DNA from: a cyanobacterium endosymbiont of Braarudosphaera bigelowii
GTDB lineage: Bacteria; Cyanobacteriota; Cyanobacteriia; Cyanobacteriales; Microcystaceae
Assembly: GCF_020885515.1 (NCBI RefSeq)
Contig: NZ_AP024987.1
Coordinates: forward strand, 900,001-932,000
Direction of reading: 5' to 3'
Length of the DNA: 32,000 nucleotides
Part shown: in pieces, positions 9,807 to 19,429 of the stretch
Layout of the letters: every line of letters starts with the position of its first letter
Numbering within the stretch: the stretch's first letter is position 1
The notes under the pieces: generated by a model
What the model saw: only the letters and a program-made list of their open reading frames with translations
Told to the model about the DNA's origin: nothing
The model's database searches: none
Translations under genes and position numbers: made by a program

Positions 9807-9935
9807 ATGATTATGGATGCTAAATTAATTCTGGTTATTCTAACTGCCGTTTTTACTGTATCATGCCTATTTTTTGGGACTAAAAATGGTTTCTATGATT
9901 CTGATGATTATAAAGGTAATGGAACAGCTCATTAA
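9807..9935 (+). CDS. Small single-pass membrane peptide of 42 aa, absent from the supplied ORF track
   Basis: My own translation is MIMDAKLILVILTAVFTVSCLFFGTKNGFYDSDDYKGNGTAH, ending in TAA. It has one clean TM helix and an acidic, Gly-rich tail. It lies in an otherwise empty 436-bp spacer and is followed directly by two terminator-like hairpins. An AAGG lies 8 nt upstream of the ATG. Confidence 0.5.
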   Translation: MIMDAKLILVILTAVFTVSCLFFGTKNGFYDSDDYKGNGTAH

Positions 9936-9947
9936 CAAACTATTCTT

Positions 9948-9979
9948 AATATTACTAATTATGCATAATTAGTAATATT
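9948..9979 (+). terminator. 32-bp perfect AT-rich palindrome (hairpin 1 after the small ORF)
   Basis: The sequence aatattactaattatgcataattagtaatatt is its own reverse complement and starts 13 nt after the TAA of the 42-codon ORF. The stem is entirely A/T, so it is thermodynamically weak. Confidence 0.4.
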
Positions 9980-9982
9980 TTT

Positions 9983-10013
9983 GGTTGATATATAAATATA
10001 TCAACCATTTTTT
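9983..10013 (+). terminator. Rho-independent terminator-like hairpin with a T-tract (hairpin 2)
   Basis: GGTTGATATAT..ATATATCAACC forms a stem of about 10 bp closed by GG/CC. It is followed by ATTTTTTG. Confidence 0.55.
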
Positions 10014-10177
10014 GTCGAGCAATAAAAAAAATAATTTACTTATTTAGTATAAATAGTAAATCTATTAGTCAGGTAATTAATTATATATTACGTTTCTATA
10101 AATAATTAATATTAGTTTTATCTGTAAAGTATTCTTAATTTATATGCATTGAAAAAGAGTATCTCAAACAATAATTT

Positions 10178-11152
10178 TCATGTCTTTTCTAACTGAATTC
10201 GAGGATCAACTAAAACAAGTAGTAAATCTGCTAGTATGTTGCCAATAACTAACATTACTGCACTCATTGTTAAACTGCCCATGACTAAATACAAATCTTG
10301 TGCAGTGACTGCTTGTAAAATCAAACGTCCTAACCCTGGCCAATTGAAGAAAAATTCAGCTATAAAAGCTCCTCCTAATAAATTGGCAAATTCTAATCCT
10401 AATAGAGTAACTAAGGGATTAATTGCATTACGTAATGCATGATTATATATTACTTTTTCTTCCGAAAGTCCTTTCGCTCTAGCAGTTACTATATAGTTCC
10501 TTTGCATTACATCTAACATTTGTCCTCTCATTAATCTCATTAATCCAGCAAAGCCAATAATACTTAAGGTAATTGTCGGTAATATCATATGCCATCCTAT
10601 ATCTAATATTTTGCCAACTAACGATAGTTCATCATGTTCTAAACTAGTCATGTTTCCAACTGGTAAAATAGGAGATATGTGTTGAGCAATAATTAAAATA
10701 ATTAAGGCTGCAATAAATCTAGGTAAACCTTGTCCAAGGTAACTAATTATTCTTAATGATTTATCTATCCAAGTATTTTGTTTCACTGCACTTAAAATTC
10801 CTAGCGGTATGGCAATTATCCAAGTTAAAACTATAGAGAAAATAGAGAGCAGTAATGTTGCTGGTATTCTTTCCGCCAATAAAGATGATACAGAACGATT
10901 ATAAACAAAACTTTCCCCAAAATTCAGATGGGTTATTACTTGTGCTAACCATTTCCAATATTGAATATAAAATGGTTGATCAAGACCAAAACGAATATTT
11001 AGCTCTTGAATTATTTCTCGTGAGATTTTAGGATTTTGCCTTAGAGTATCTAAGTAATCTCCCGGAGCAATTTGGATAATAATAAAGCTTAATATTGAAG
11101 TTAATAATATAGTTAAGAGACCTTGAAAAAGTCTCTTTGAAATATAAAACAT
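10178..11152 (-). CDS. ABC transporter permease, DppB/OppB-type (peptide/nickel family)
   Basis: 324-aa ORF with an ATG start. The N-terminus is typical of the family (ISKRLFQGLLTILLTSILSFIIIQIAPGDY). An EAA-loop-like region is present (YIVTARAKGLSEEKVIYNHALRNAINPLVT), and there are 6 predicted TM segments. Confidence 0.85.
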   Translation of the reverse strand: MFYISKRLFQGLLTILLTSILSFIIIQIAPGDYLDTLRQNPKISREIIQELNIRFGLDQPFYIQYWKWLAQVITHLNFGESFVYNRSVSSLLAERIPATLLLSIFSIVLTWIIAIPLGILSAVKQNTWIDKSLRIISYLGQGLPRFIAALIILIIAQHISPILPVGNMTSLEHDELSLVGKILDIGWHMILPTITLSIIGFAGLMRLMRGQMLDVMQRNYIVTARAKGLSEEKVIYNHALRNAINPLVTLLGLEFANLLGGAFIAEFFFNWPGLGRLILQAVTAQDLYLVMGSLTMSAVMLVIGNILADLLLVLVDPRIQLEKT

Positions 11153-11205
11153 TATTTTAACGATGAATTAAAGGGCTACATAAATAATAATAAAATAGTT
11201 ATATA

Positions 11206-11724
11206 TTAATATTTAACTAAACTAATAATAGGAACATCAGGTAATTTTTTACGGCCTTCTAAAGATTCTAATTCAATAATAAAAGCGAATCCTAAAACAT
11301 TACAACCAACTTTTTTGAGTAGTTCAATTGTTGCTTGCGCTGTACCACCTGTCGCTAACAAGTCATCTACAATTACGACACTATGAAAATTTTGTAAGGC
11401 ATCTTGGTGAATTTCTAAAGTATCTGTACCGTACTCTAAATCATATTGAACTTGATAGACTGAGCTAGGAAGCTTACCAGGCTTTCTGACAGGTATAAAA
11501 CCTGAATTTAGTTGATAAGCTAACGGAGCACCAAAAATAAATCCTCGTGATTCCATTCCAATTACATGATCAGGCAATAAATTAGCTTCTCGACATTTAT
11601 TAGTTAGCAAGTTAATTGTATATTGCAATCCTTTTGGATTATTTAATAAAGTTGTAATATCACGAAATACTATACCAGGCTTAGGAAAATTGGGAATATC
11701 ACGAATTAATTCTTTAAGGTCCAT
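11206..11724 (-). CDS. apt: Adenine phosphoribosyltransferase
   Basis: 172-aa ORF with an ATG start. Diagnostic stretches are [35 protein letters not shown] and the PRPP motif [14 protein letters not shown]. Confidence 0.93.
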   Translation of the reverse strand: MDLKELIRDIPNFPKPGIVFRDITTLLNNPKGLQYTINLLTNKCREANLLPDHVIGMESRGFIFGAPLAYQLNSGFIPVRKPGKLPSSVYQVQYDLEYGTDTLEIHQDALQNFHSVVIVDDLLATGGTAQATIELLKKVGCNVLGFAFIIELESLEGRKKLPDVPIISLVKY

Positions 11725-12344
11725 TAATTCTCTCTTAATAATTACTTTGGTTAATGATTATATATCAATCCCTATTTTATATTAATCCTTATTTACTATT
11801 TATGATTATAGTTACTTGTTTCCGATTACTAAATTTTTATAAATATAATCTAAAACTTAATAAAAATAGACTAGCTAAGTTAACTAATCTAATTAGTTTA
11901 AAAATCATTTATTTAGTGTAGTTAGTAATATTTTAAAGGTTAAATATTTTTATATTTTTATCTAAGCAGTTTTGTCAGGTCAATAAATATCCTAAATATT
12001 TGCAAATGCTCTGGATATTACCAAAAATTATGTAATCATCAAAAATTATTTAACTGTTAAAAATAGAATTTTATTAATTAAGATTTCGGACAAAAATTGT
12101 TTTTTTTCTATTTATTTTCGAAGAATAGACTTTCTAGGTAATTTAAAAACTGTTTTACATCAATTTGCTCGTTTAATGTAGAGATATCTCTATATTGCGA
12201 TGTCTAAAATTCTATTATTTTAAACTTATATAATTTTTTTTACTAAATCAAACTATTTTAACTATTGACTTTTTCTTCGATTAAGAATTACTTTAAGTTG
12301 TAGCAGCAAAGGCTGATTCAAATTTGATTGTCAAGAGGTGAAAT

Positions 12345-12917
12345 ATGGGCGTTATTGAAACTGTACCCAATGTTGTATTTAAAACCCGTGTTCGTGATGA
12401 GTCTGTAGCTGGACCCAACCCTTATCGTTGGCAAGATCTAACTACTCAAGAGATTTTTAAAGGCAAGAAGGTCGTTGTTTTTTCCCTACCTGGTGCATTT
12501 ACTCCAACCTGCTCATCTAACCATCTGCCTCGCTACGAAGAATTATACAGTGAGTTTAAAGCATTAGGAATAGACGCTATCGTTTGTTTATCAGTTAATG
12601 ATGCTTTTGTTATGTTTCAATGGGGTAAGCAGCAAGAGGCGAAAAACGTTTTCTTACTGCCTGATGGGAATGGTGAATTTACTCGTAAAATGGGTATGTT
12701 AGTTGATAAATCTAATCTTGGTTTCGGAATGCGCTCATGGCGTTATTCCATGTTGGTCAACAACTGTGAAATCGAGAAGATTTTTGTTGAGTCTGATTTT
12801 AGTGATAATTGTCCTAGTGATCCCTTTGAAGTATCCGATGCTGATACCATGTTAGCTTATCTCAAGGGTGATAAATCTTCAGGTGTTTCTAAACCAGTAA
12901 AAGCCTTTATTGGTTAG
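12345..12917 (+). CDS. Type II (Prx5-like) peroxiredoxin
   Basis: 190-aa ORF with an ATG start preceded by AGAGGTG. The peroxidatic-Cys motif is [12 protein letters not shown]. The N-terminus [22 protein letters not shown] is typical of cyanobacterial PrxII. Confidence 0.9.
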   Translation: MGVIETVPNVVFKTRVRDESVAGPNPYRWQDLTTQEIFKGKKVVVFSLPGAFTPTCSSNHLPRYEELYSEFKALGIDAIVCLSVNDAFVMFQWGKQQEAKNVFLLPDGNGEFTRKMGMLVDKSNLGFGMRSWRYSMLVNNCEIEKIFVESDFSDNCPSDPFEVSDADTMLAYLKGDKSSGVSKPVKAFIG

Positions 12918-12929
12918 TCTCAAATAAAT

Positions 12930-12984
12930 AATACTATCTGCTAAGAAATCAATTTTTTATGTTGATTCCTTAACAGATAGTATT
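12930..12984 (+). terminator. Long imperfect hairpin downstream of the peroxiredoxin gene
   Basis: AATACTATCTGCTAAGAAATCAA pairs with TTGATTCCTTAACAGATAGTATT, giving a 23-bp stem with 2 mismatches and a 9-nt loop. It begins 13 nt after the stop codon. No strong T-tract follows. Confidence 0.5.
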
Positions 12985-13020
12985 CATTCTCTAAAAATAT
13001 GTTATATTAGGTAATCGTAT

Positions 13021-13094
13021 GGCGAGCGTAGCCAAGTGGTTAAGGCAGCGGGTTGTGGTCCCGCCACTCGTGGGTTCGAGTCCCATCGTTCGCC
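13021..13094 (+). tRNA. tRNA-His (anticodon GUG) with a genome-encoded G-1
   Basis: I folded the cloverleaf manually. An extra 5' G sits opposite discriminator C. The acceptor stem is GCGAGCG/CGTTCGC and the anticodon stem is GCGGG/CCCGC with loop TTGTGGT. The T arm is GTGGG-TTCGAGT-CCCAT. No CCA is encoded. Confidence 0.93.
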
Positions 13095-13286
13095 CTTATA
13101 GTTTTCTAACTTATGTCTCTACATGAGAAAGTTTTTTCTTCATCTCTATTATGTGATTTTATCAAATTTTAGACGTCATTATTTAACACTTAGGCATACA
13201 AAAAATTTGGCTTCAGCAGTAGTCTAAGTTTTATATAGAATTTGAATATATCTTGTTTAATAAACAATCTTTGACTATATTGAACG

Positions 13287-13998
13287 ATGTGGAAATACTC
13301 TACTGATACGCTTATTATCAATCCTCAAGAAATTCATGTATGGAAAATTGATTTATCAACATCTTATTTGTTTGTTGAATTTTATTTAACCATGCTTAAT
13401 CAGGAAGAAAAAAAAAATTCCTCACATCCAATTTGTAAAAGATAAGAAACGTTTTATCCTCTCCCGAGGAGCATTAAAACTTATTCTGAGTAAATATTTA
13501 CTAATTGCTCCTAACCAAATAAATCTTGAGTACACTACTCGCGGCAAGCCTAAACTTGTTGATTCGATTAATACTAAACAGATAGAGTTTAATATTTCTC
13601 ACTCTGAAGAATTAATAATTTGCGGGATTACATGTCAATATCCTATTGGAGTTGATATTGAATATATTCGTCCTTTATTAGGTATGGAAAAAATTGCAAA
13701 GCGTTTCTTCTGTTTTCAAGAATTTAGTAAGCTCAAAAGCTTCAATTCTTATGACAAAAATATTGAATTTTTAAGACTCTGGACAGGAAAAGAAGCATAC
13801 CTAAAAGCAACAGGAGAAGGAATAAGTCAAAGACTAAATACAGTGAAGATAATAACTGATTATCCTATGCAAATTATTGATGTCTCTCCTTTAAATTATC
13901 TTCCATGGAGAATACTGTCTTTTATTACTCAATCAAATTATTTAATAAGCATAGTTACATTAGAAAAAAAACAAAAAATTTATTATTGGAAAATTTAA
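13287..13998 (+). pseudogene. Sfp/HetI-type 4'-phosphopantetheinyl transferase interrupted by a +1 frameshift in an A10 tract
   Basis: Frame A starts at ATG 13287 (MWKYSTDTLIINPQEIHVWKIDL...LNQEEKK) and hits TAA at 13443. Frame B is open from 13390 to 13998 and encodes IPHIQFVKDKKRFILSRGALKLIL...IGVDIEYI...WTGKEAYLKATGEG, which contains both PPTase signature motifs. The two frames overlap at the A10 run. Deleting one A gives a continuous 236-aa PPTase. Confidence 0.8.
13408..13417 (+). repeat. A10 homopolymer at the frameshift site
   Basis: Ten consecutive A residues, counted directly (caggaag-aaaaaaaaaa-ttcc). Confidence 0.9.
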
Positions 13999-14012
13999 AA
14001 AAATTCTCTTCT

Positions 14013-14567
14013 TTATGGAAAACTATTACCATGTTGACGGAAATTTAATGCTCCTGCTCCAATATATAATCCTTGAGGATGTTTACCTTCTGGATAAACT
14101 GTTATACCAAATTGATAATTTCCACCTACCACAGGATTATTTTTAGGTTTTACTACAATAAAAAAAGTTTCACCAGGCAGAATTGAAGATTTGAAGGTTA
14201 TGGAAATTTTATTATTATCCAAATTTCTTTGAACTTTGCTGATAGGTAATTTATCTCCAGGGCTGATTGGTTTTCCGATAAAAGCAACAGTCTGATCTAA
14301 ATTAAAATATATTTGATCAACTCCTTTAATTTGTTGTAATACTACCTTTTGTAAAGATACTCCAGTCTCTAAAGGCACTGTCATAACAAAATAATATTGT
14401 GCACCATGAACTTTAGTTTGACTTAGACTTGTTGTTGTATCAATTAATCTAGGAGATTTGTTGAATAAAATAATATTATTACCAACATTAAGTGAAATTA
14501 GGGAAGAACCAATTAAAAACATGCTTCCTGTGATTTGAAATATATTTTGCAAAATAGAAGTATTCAC
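14013..14567 (-). CDS. Conserved cyanobacterial exported protein, DUF2808-like
   Basis: 184-aa ORF. The hydrophobic N-terminus precedes a beta-rich domain: FNKSPRL...AQYYFVMTVPLETGVSLQKVVLQQ...VAFIGKP...ISITFKSSILPGETFFIVVKPKNNPVVGGNYQFGITVYP. This pattern matches my recollection of DUF2808. The maximal start at 14567 is GTG, and an alternative ATG lies at 14522. Confidence 0.6.
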   Translation of the reverse strand: MNTSILQNIFQITGSMFLIGSSLISLNVGNNIILFNKSPRLIDTTTSLSQTKVHGAQYYFVMTVPLETGVSLQKVVLQQIKGVDQIYFNLDQTVAFIGKPISPGDKLPISKVQRNLDNNKISITFKSSILPGETFFIVVKPKNNPVVGGNYQFGITVYPEGKHPQGLYIGAGALNFRQHGNSFP

Positions 14568-14579
14568 AATTAATTAAGT

Positions 14580-14627
14580 ACTATTAAAATAAAAACCTAG
14601 GTTAACCTAGGTTTTTATTTTAATAGT
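14580..14627. terminator. 48-bp perfect palindrome forming a bidirectional intrinsic terminator
   Basis: ACTATTAAAATAAAAACCTAGGTT|AACCTAGGTTTTTATTTTAATAGT is exactly self-complementary. The core is CCTAGG-TTAA-CCTAGG flanked by an A5 and a T5 tract. Its right end overlaps the pnp stop codon (14627-14629), and its left end lies 12 nt from the GTG at 14567. Confidence 0.65.
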
Positions 14628-16774
14628 TAAACTATTTTTCTAACAGCAGAAGCCTCATTTGGATGAATACCTAAACGAGTCAGATTTAAACGTCCTTTGT
14701 TGTCAATTTCACGTACTTTAACTACTACTTCATCTCCGACAGCAACTTCGTCTTCTACTTTTCCTACTCTTCTTTCGGCTAACTGAGAAATATGAATCAT
14801 ACCTTCTTTCCCTGGTAAAACTTCAACGAAAGCTCCAATAGGAATAATACGAGTAACACGACCCAAATAAACTTCTCCTTCGTTTAATTTACGTGTCATG
14901 TTGAAGATAATATCTTTTGCTTTTTCCGCTTTTTTCGCTTGAATAGCAGCAATAGTTACCATTCCATCATCAGAAATGTCAATTTTTGATCCAGTCTGTT
15001 CTGTAATACCTTTTATAGTCTTACCACCTGGACCAATAATTAATCCTATCATTTCAGGATCAATTTTCATAGTTAATAATCGAGGAGCAAATGTTGATAG
15101 TTCTGGACGTGGTTTATCAATAGTCGACAGCATTTTCTCAAGAATATGTAGACGAGCTGGTAAGGCCTGTCCAATAGCCTTTGCTATCACGTTCATTGAT
15201 AATCCAGTAATTTTCATATCCATTTGCAAAGCCGTAATACCACTATCAGTTCCAGCGACTTTAAAATCCATATCTCCTAAGAAATCTTCAATTCCTTGAA
15301 TATCTGTAAGAATACGTATTTCTTCACCTTCTTTAATAAGTCCCATAGCTGCTCCACTAACTGGTTTAGCAATAGGAACTCCAGCATCCATTAAAGCTAA
15401 AGTTGATCCACAAACAGATCCCATAGATGTAGAACCATTAGAAGAGAGAACTTCTGATACAATTCTAATGACATAAGGAAATTCTTCTTGTTGAGGTAAT
15501 ACAGGCAGGAGAGCACGTTCCGCTAAGGCTCCATGTCCAATTTCTCTTCTTCCTGGAGATCTTAATGGTTTAGTTTCTGCAACAGAAAAAGGAGGGAAAT
15601 TATAATGATGCAGATAGCGCTTCTCATCCTCAGGATGCAAATCATCACCTAAATCTTGTGCATCCCCTGGAGTACCAAGAGTTGCTAGAGATAATACTTG
15701 AGTTAACCCTCTGTTGAATAGTCCACAACCATGTACTCTTGGAGGCAAAATGCCCACATTACAATAGATAGGACGAACCTCATCAAGTTTTCTACCATCT
15801 ATACGAATCTCGTTGCTAATAATTTGAGATCGCATTAACTTTTTGGTTAAGCCTTTATAAAGATTATTTACAGCTTTAGGATCTTCCTTAACAGCAACTT
15901 TTATTGAATCTTCTTCTGGGAGATTAGTTATTATTTCATTAATAGTTGTTTCTTTAATTTGATCAAGAGCTGTATCTCTTTCTGCTTTGCCAAGGTTGTA
16001 TTGAACTAAAACTTTTTTTATAGATTCAGATGATTGATCACTAATAAATTTTTCTAGAACTTCATTTTTTGCTGGAGGTTCGGCTTGCACCAATTTCATC
16101 CCCAGTTCTTCCATTATTTCTTGTTGTGCTCCAATTAGATCTCTAACTGCCTCATAACCAAAATCAATGGCTTCAATAACATCTTGTTCTGGAAGTTGAT
16201 TGGCTCCAGCTTCAATCATCACAACGCCGTCAGGACTACCTGCAACAACTAAATCAAGATCTCCATCCTCTACTTCTCTGTAAGTAGGATTAATAATAAA
16301 ATCATCTCCCACTAAACCAACTCTAACGGCTGCCATAGGTCCAAAGAAAGGAATTTGAGCTTGGATTACTGCCATAGAAGCACCTGTCACCGCTAAAACA
16401 TCGGGAGGAACTTCTTCATCCATAGATAAAGTAGTAGCAATAATCTGAATATCGTTTCGAAGCCAATTAGGAAATAAAGGACGTAGAGGACGATCAATTA
16501 GCCTGCTAATGAGAATTGCCCTTTCTGGAGGACGTCCTTCTCTTCGTAAGAATCCTCCTGGAATTCGTCCTGCAGCATAAAGCCTTTCCTCATAATCTAC
16601 AGTTAAAGGCAAAAAATCAATACCTTCTCTTCCTTTTGATGTTGTTGCCGTTACCAGAACTGCCGTATCTCCGGACTGAATTAGAATTGCTCCACCTGCT
16701 TGGGGAGCTAATAACCCTAGCTTTAGTCGAATATCTCTTCCGTCAAAAGATATTGATTTATCAAATTCTTGCAT
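14627..16774 (-). CDS. pnp: Polyribonucleotide nucleotidyltransferase (PNPase)
   Basis: 715-aa ORF with an ATG start. It has two RNase PH domains, followed by a KH domain ([20 protein letters not shown]) and an S1 domain ([33 protein letters not shown]). Confidence 0.97.
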   Translation of the reverse strand: MQEFDKSISFDGRDIRLKLGLLAPQAGGAILIQSGDTAVLVTATTSKGREGIDFLPLTVDYEERLYAAGRIPGGFLRREGRPPERAILISRLIDRPLRPLFPNWLRNDIQIIATTLSMDEEVPPDVLAVTGASMAVIQAQIPFFGPMAAVRVGLVGDDFIINPTYREVEDGDLDLVVAGSPDGVVMIEAGANQLPEQDVIEAIDFGYEAVRDLIGAQQEIMEELGMKLVQAEPPAKNEVLEKFISDQSSESIKKVLVQYNLGKAERDTALDQIKETTINEIITNLPEEDSIKVAVKEDPKAVNNLYKGLTKKLMRSQIISNEIRIDGRKLDEVRPIYCNVGILPPRVHGCGLFNRGLTQVLSLATLGTPGDAQDLGDDLHPEDEKRYLHHYNFPPFSVAETKPLRSPGRREIGHGALAERALLPVLPQQEEFPYVIRIVSEVLSSNGSTSMGSVCGSTLALMDAGVPIAKPVSGAAMGLIKEGEEIRILTDIQGIEDFLGDMDFKVAGTDSGITALQMDMKITGLSMNVIAKAIGQALPARLHILEKMLSTIDKPRPELSTFAPRLLTMKIDPEMIGLIIGPGGKTIKGITEQTGSKIDISDDGMVTIAAIQAKKAEKAKDIIFNMTRKLNEGEVYLGRVTRIIPIGAFVEVLPGKEGMIHISQLAERRVGKVEDEVAVGDEVVVKVREIDNKGRLNLTRLGIHPNEASAVRKIV

Positions 16775-16979
16775 TCAACGTCTCTTCCCTTTTTTTATCA
16801 TGTTTCTCTTTCTGTCGCAATCCTAACATTTTTAAGGAACTTGACGCGATGGACTACCCCATGTAAATGTAGTTATTTAAATTTGCTTATATTCTTTCTG
16901 TCTATATTTTTCATTTTTCGGTATATTCAGTAAAACGAATTTCCGGCTTTAGATCGTTTCCTAGGAGTTTAAAATAGCT

Positions 16980-18278
16980 ATGAATTATAATACTTTAAAA
17001 AAAGAAGCTAAAGTTGTTATTGTTGGTGGTGGATTTGGAGGATTATATACAGCTAAAGGACTAAAAAATTCTCCTTTACAAGTTACTCTAATTGACAAAC
17101 GTAATTTTAATCTTTTTCAGCCACTACTTTATCAAGTTGCCACAGGTAGTCTTTCTCCAGCTGATATAACATCACCTTTAAGATCGATCTTATGTCAAAA
17201 CAAAAATACACAAGTATTACTAAATGCTGTTATCGATATAAAACCCAATGATAAACAAATAATTGTTGATAATCATCAATCTATTCCTTATGATGTTCTT
17301 ATTTTGGCTACTGGAGTAACTCATCATTATTTTGGTAATGATCAATGGGAAACTTTTGCGCCAGGACTTAGCAATATTGAAGATGCTTTAGAAATTCGAA
17401 ACCGTGTTTTTATGGCTTTTGAAGCAGCTGAAAAGGAAAACAATCCTATAAAAAGACAAGCTTGGCTAACATTCGTAATAGTTGGTGGTGGACCTACTGG
17501 AGTAGAATTAGCTGGAGCAATAGCAGAAATTGCAAATAACTCTATGAAAGGCAATTTTAGGAACTTTGATCCTAAAGATGCAAAGATTTTGTTAATCGAA
17601 GGTTTGGAACGTGTACTTCCTCCTTATCCTATAGAATTATCTTCTAAGGCAGAACAAGAGTTATGTAATCTTGGTGTAACAATACATACCAAGTCAATAG
17701 TAACAAATATAAGTGAAGATACTATTGTTGTACGTAAAGGAGAAAAACATGAACAAATTACTTCTCATACAATCTTATGGGCTGCAGGAGTTAAAGCATC
17801 ATCAATTAGTAAGATATTAGCTGAGCGAACTGGTGTGAGTTTAGATAGAGCTGGTCGAGTTATTGTTGAACCAGATCTCAGTATTACAAATTTTCCAGAT
17901 ATTTTTGTAATTGGAGATTTATCAAATTTTTCTCATCAAGATAATAAAGCTTTACCTGGAGTAGCCCCTGTAGCGATACAACAGGCTAAATATGTTGCAA
18001 AGTTAATACGAAAACGATTGAAAGGTGAATCACTACCATCTTTTATTTATAAAGACTATGGTAGTATGGCAATTATAGGACAGAATAAAGCTGTAGCAGA
18101 CTTTAAATTTATTAAACTTTCAGGATTTTTAGCTTGGTTTATTTGGATTTCGGCTCATATTTATTATCTTATCGAGTTTGATAATAAATTAGTTGTCCTA
18201 GTTCAATGGATCTGGAATTATTTCACACAAGGTCGTGGAGCTCGTTTAATTACAGAAAATAATAAGAAAGATAAATAA
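16980..18278 (+). CDS. Type II NADH dehydrogenase (NDH-2, Ndb family)
   Basis: 432-aa ORF whose ATG is preceded by AGGAG. Two dinucleotide-binding motifs are present (VVIVGGGFGGLYTA and FVIVGGGPTGVELAG). The C-terminal amphipathic membrane-anchor region is typical of NDH-2. Confidence 0.9.
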   Translation: MNYNTLKKEAKVVIVGGGFGGLYTAKGLKNSPLQVTLIDKRNFNLFQPLLYQVATGSLSPADITSPLRSILCQNKNTQVLLNAVIDIKPNDKQIIVDNHQSIPYDVLILATGVTHHYFGNDQWETFAPGLSNIEDALEIRNRVFMAFEAAEKENNPIKRQAWLTFVIVGGGPTGVELAGAIAEIANNSMKGNFRNFDPKDAKILLIEGLERVLPPYPIELSSKAEQELCNLGVTIHTKSIVTNISEDTIVVRKGEKHEQITSHTILWAAGVKASSISKILAERTGVSLDRAGRVIVEPDLSITNFPDIFVIGDLSNFSHQDNKALPGVAPVAIQQAKYVAKLIRKRLKGESLPSFIYKDYGSMAIIGQNKAVADFKFIKLSGFLAWFIWISAHIYYLIEFDNKLVVLVQWIWNYFTQGRGARLITENNKKDK

Positions 18279-18345
18279 TTAAAAAAATATACTGAAATAT
18301 TTTTTAGAGACATATTGCAAGATTATTAATGAATTTATTAAAACT

Positions 18346-18972
18346 ATGAAAAATCTCTGGTTTCAACCTCTTATATGGATAGATTATCGATTAGCAATAG
18401 TCTTTGCTGTTATTGTGCCCTTAATATTAACAATCTTAGCCTTCCTCCAAAGAATTGACGCAATTGGACGTCTACTAGTTATTTATTGGCGGGTATCTAG
18501 TTTATTATTAATTACCGTTTATTTATTAATACCCGGTTGGACTGGAGAGAACAACTCTTTTGAAACATTTTGTACACATTTAGGTTTTTTTACTGCGATT
18601 TTAGCTCGTATTCTAATTCCAATATCTTTATGGTTTTGGATAGACTTAAATGATGAAATCAAAGATTTATCTTGGAGTTCTCTCAAATTAGCGCTCACTT
18701 CATGGAGATGGGCTATAACTATTTATAGCGCTATGGGAATTGTATTTCGTATTCCTTTCTTTTCCTGTTTGATTTCCATAAAAGCTTTAGAAATTAAATC
18801 ATGTCAAGCCTGGATTGCCCCCCCTATTGAGTATTGGTCAACTTTCCATAGTAATACAACACCTGTTTTTCTGGGCTTCATAGGCCTTGTAGGATTATTA
18901 ATATATGCTATATATTTTATATATTTCTTATTAGTTAGATTAAGCAAGCAAGGAAGATTAGCTTTAGAATAA
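18346..18972 (+). CDS. Integral membrane protein of unknown function (about 5 TM segments)
   Basis: 208-aa ORF with an ATG start and multiple long hydrophobic segments. It has the character of a conserved cyanobacterial or plastid-lineage membrane protein, but I cannot name the family with confidence. Confidence 0.65.
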   Translation: MKNLWFQPLIWIDYRLAIVFAVIVPLILTILAFLQRIDAIGRLLVIYWRVSSLLLITVYLLIPGWTGENNSFETFCTHLGFFTAILARILIPISLWFWIDLNDEIKDLSWSSLKLALTSWRWAITIYSAMGIVFRIPFFSCLISIKALEIKSCQAWIAPPIEYWSTFHSNTTPVFLGFIGLVGLLIYAIYFIYFLLVRLSKQGRLALE

Positions 18973-19090
18973 TTAGTAAGTCTCAATATGCAAAATATGT
19001 TTAGATTTTTAGAGAAAGAATAATATCCTATAGCTTGCCAAAGTATTGAAAAAAATAAATTTTAAGAATTTTATTATGATATATTTTTAG

Positions 19091-19429
19091 TTATCGTCTT
19101 GGATCAGATGCTTCGATAAGAAAATGACTACCATTTTTTTGATAAACTAAAACTTGTTCATTTTTTACTAAGGAATTGCCTGAATAATAAAATCTTAGCT
19201 CACTACTATCAGGCAATTCAATAAATAAAATACTTCCTTCTTTACTAGAAACAACTTTAGTAACTCTACCTACTTGATAAGAAGATTTATTAATATTATT
19301 TTTGGATTTATAAGTTATCGTATTTATATTACGATCTGTATAGTTTCTCTCTGTCTGTTGAGCAATAACTATAATAGTAATAAAAAATTGGGAAGTAATT
19401 AATATTATCCAAACCAGCAACCAATTCAT
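19091..19429 (-). CDS. Small membrane-anchored hypothetical protein
   Basis: 112-aa ORF with an ATG start. An N-terminal TM helix (WLLVWIILITSQFFITIIVIA) precedes a beta-rich C-terminal domain (GRVTKVVSSKEGSILFIELPDSS...VLVYQKNGSHFLIE). I recognise no motif. Confidence 0.5.
   Translation of the reverse strand: MNWLLVWIILITSQFFITIIVIAQQTERNYTDRNINTITYKSKNNINKSSYQVGRVTKVVSSKEGSILFIELPDSSELRFYYSGNSLVKNEQVLVYQKNGSHFLIEASDPRR

Noticed and set aside
14976-16866. Antisense ORFs of 107 aa and 116 aa opposite pnp
   Set aside because: Long antisense frames are expected opposite a strongly conserved, relatively GC-richer gene. Their composition is not protein-like, and the 116-aa frame merely extends into the pnp/NDH-2 promoter spacer.
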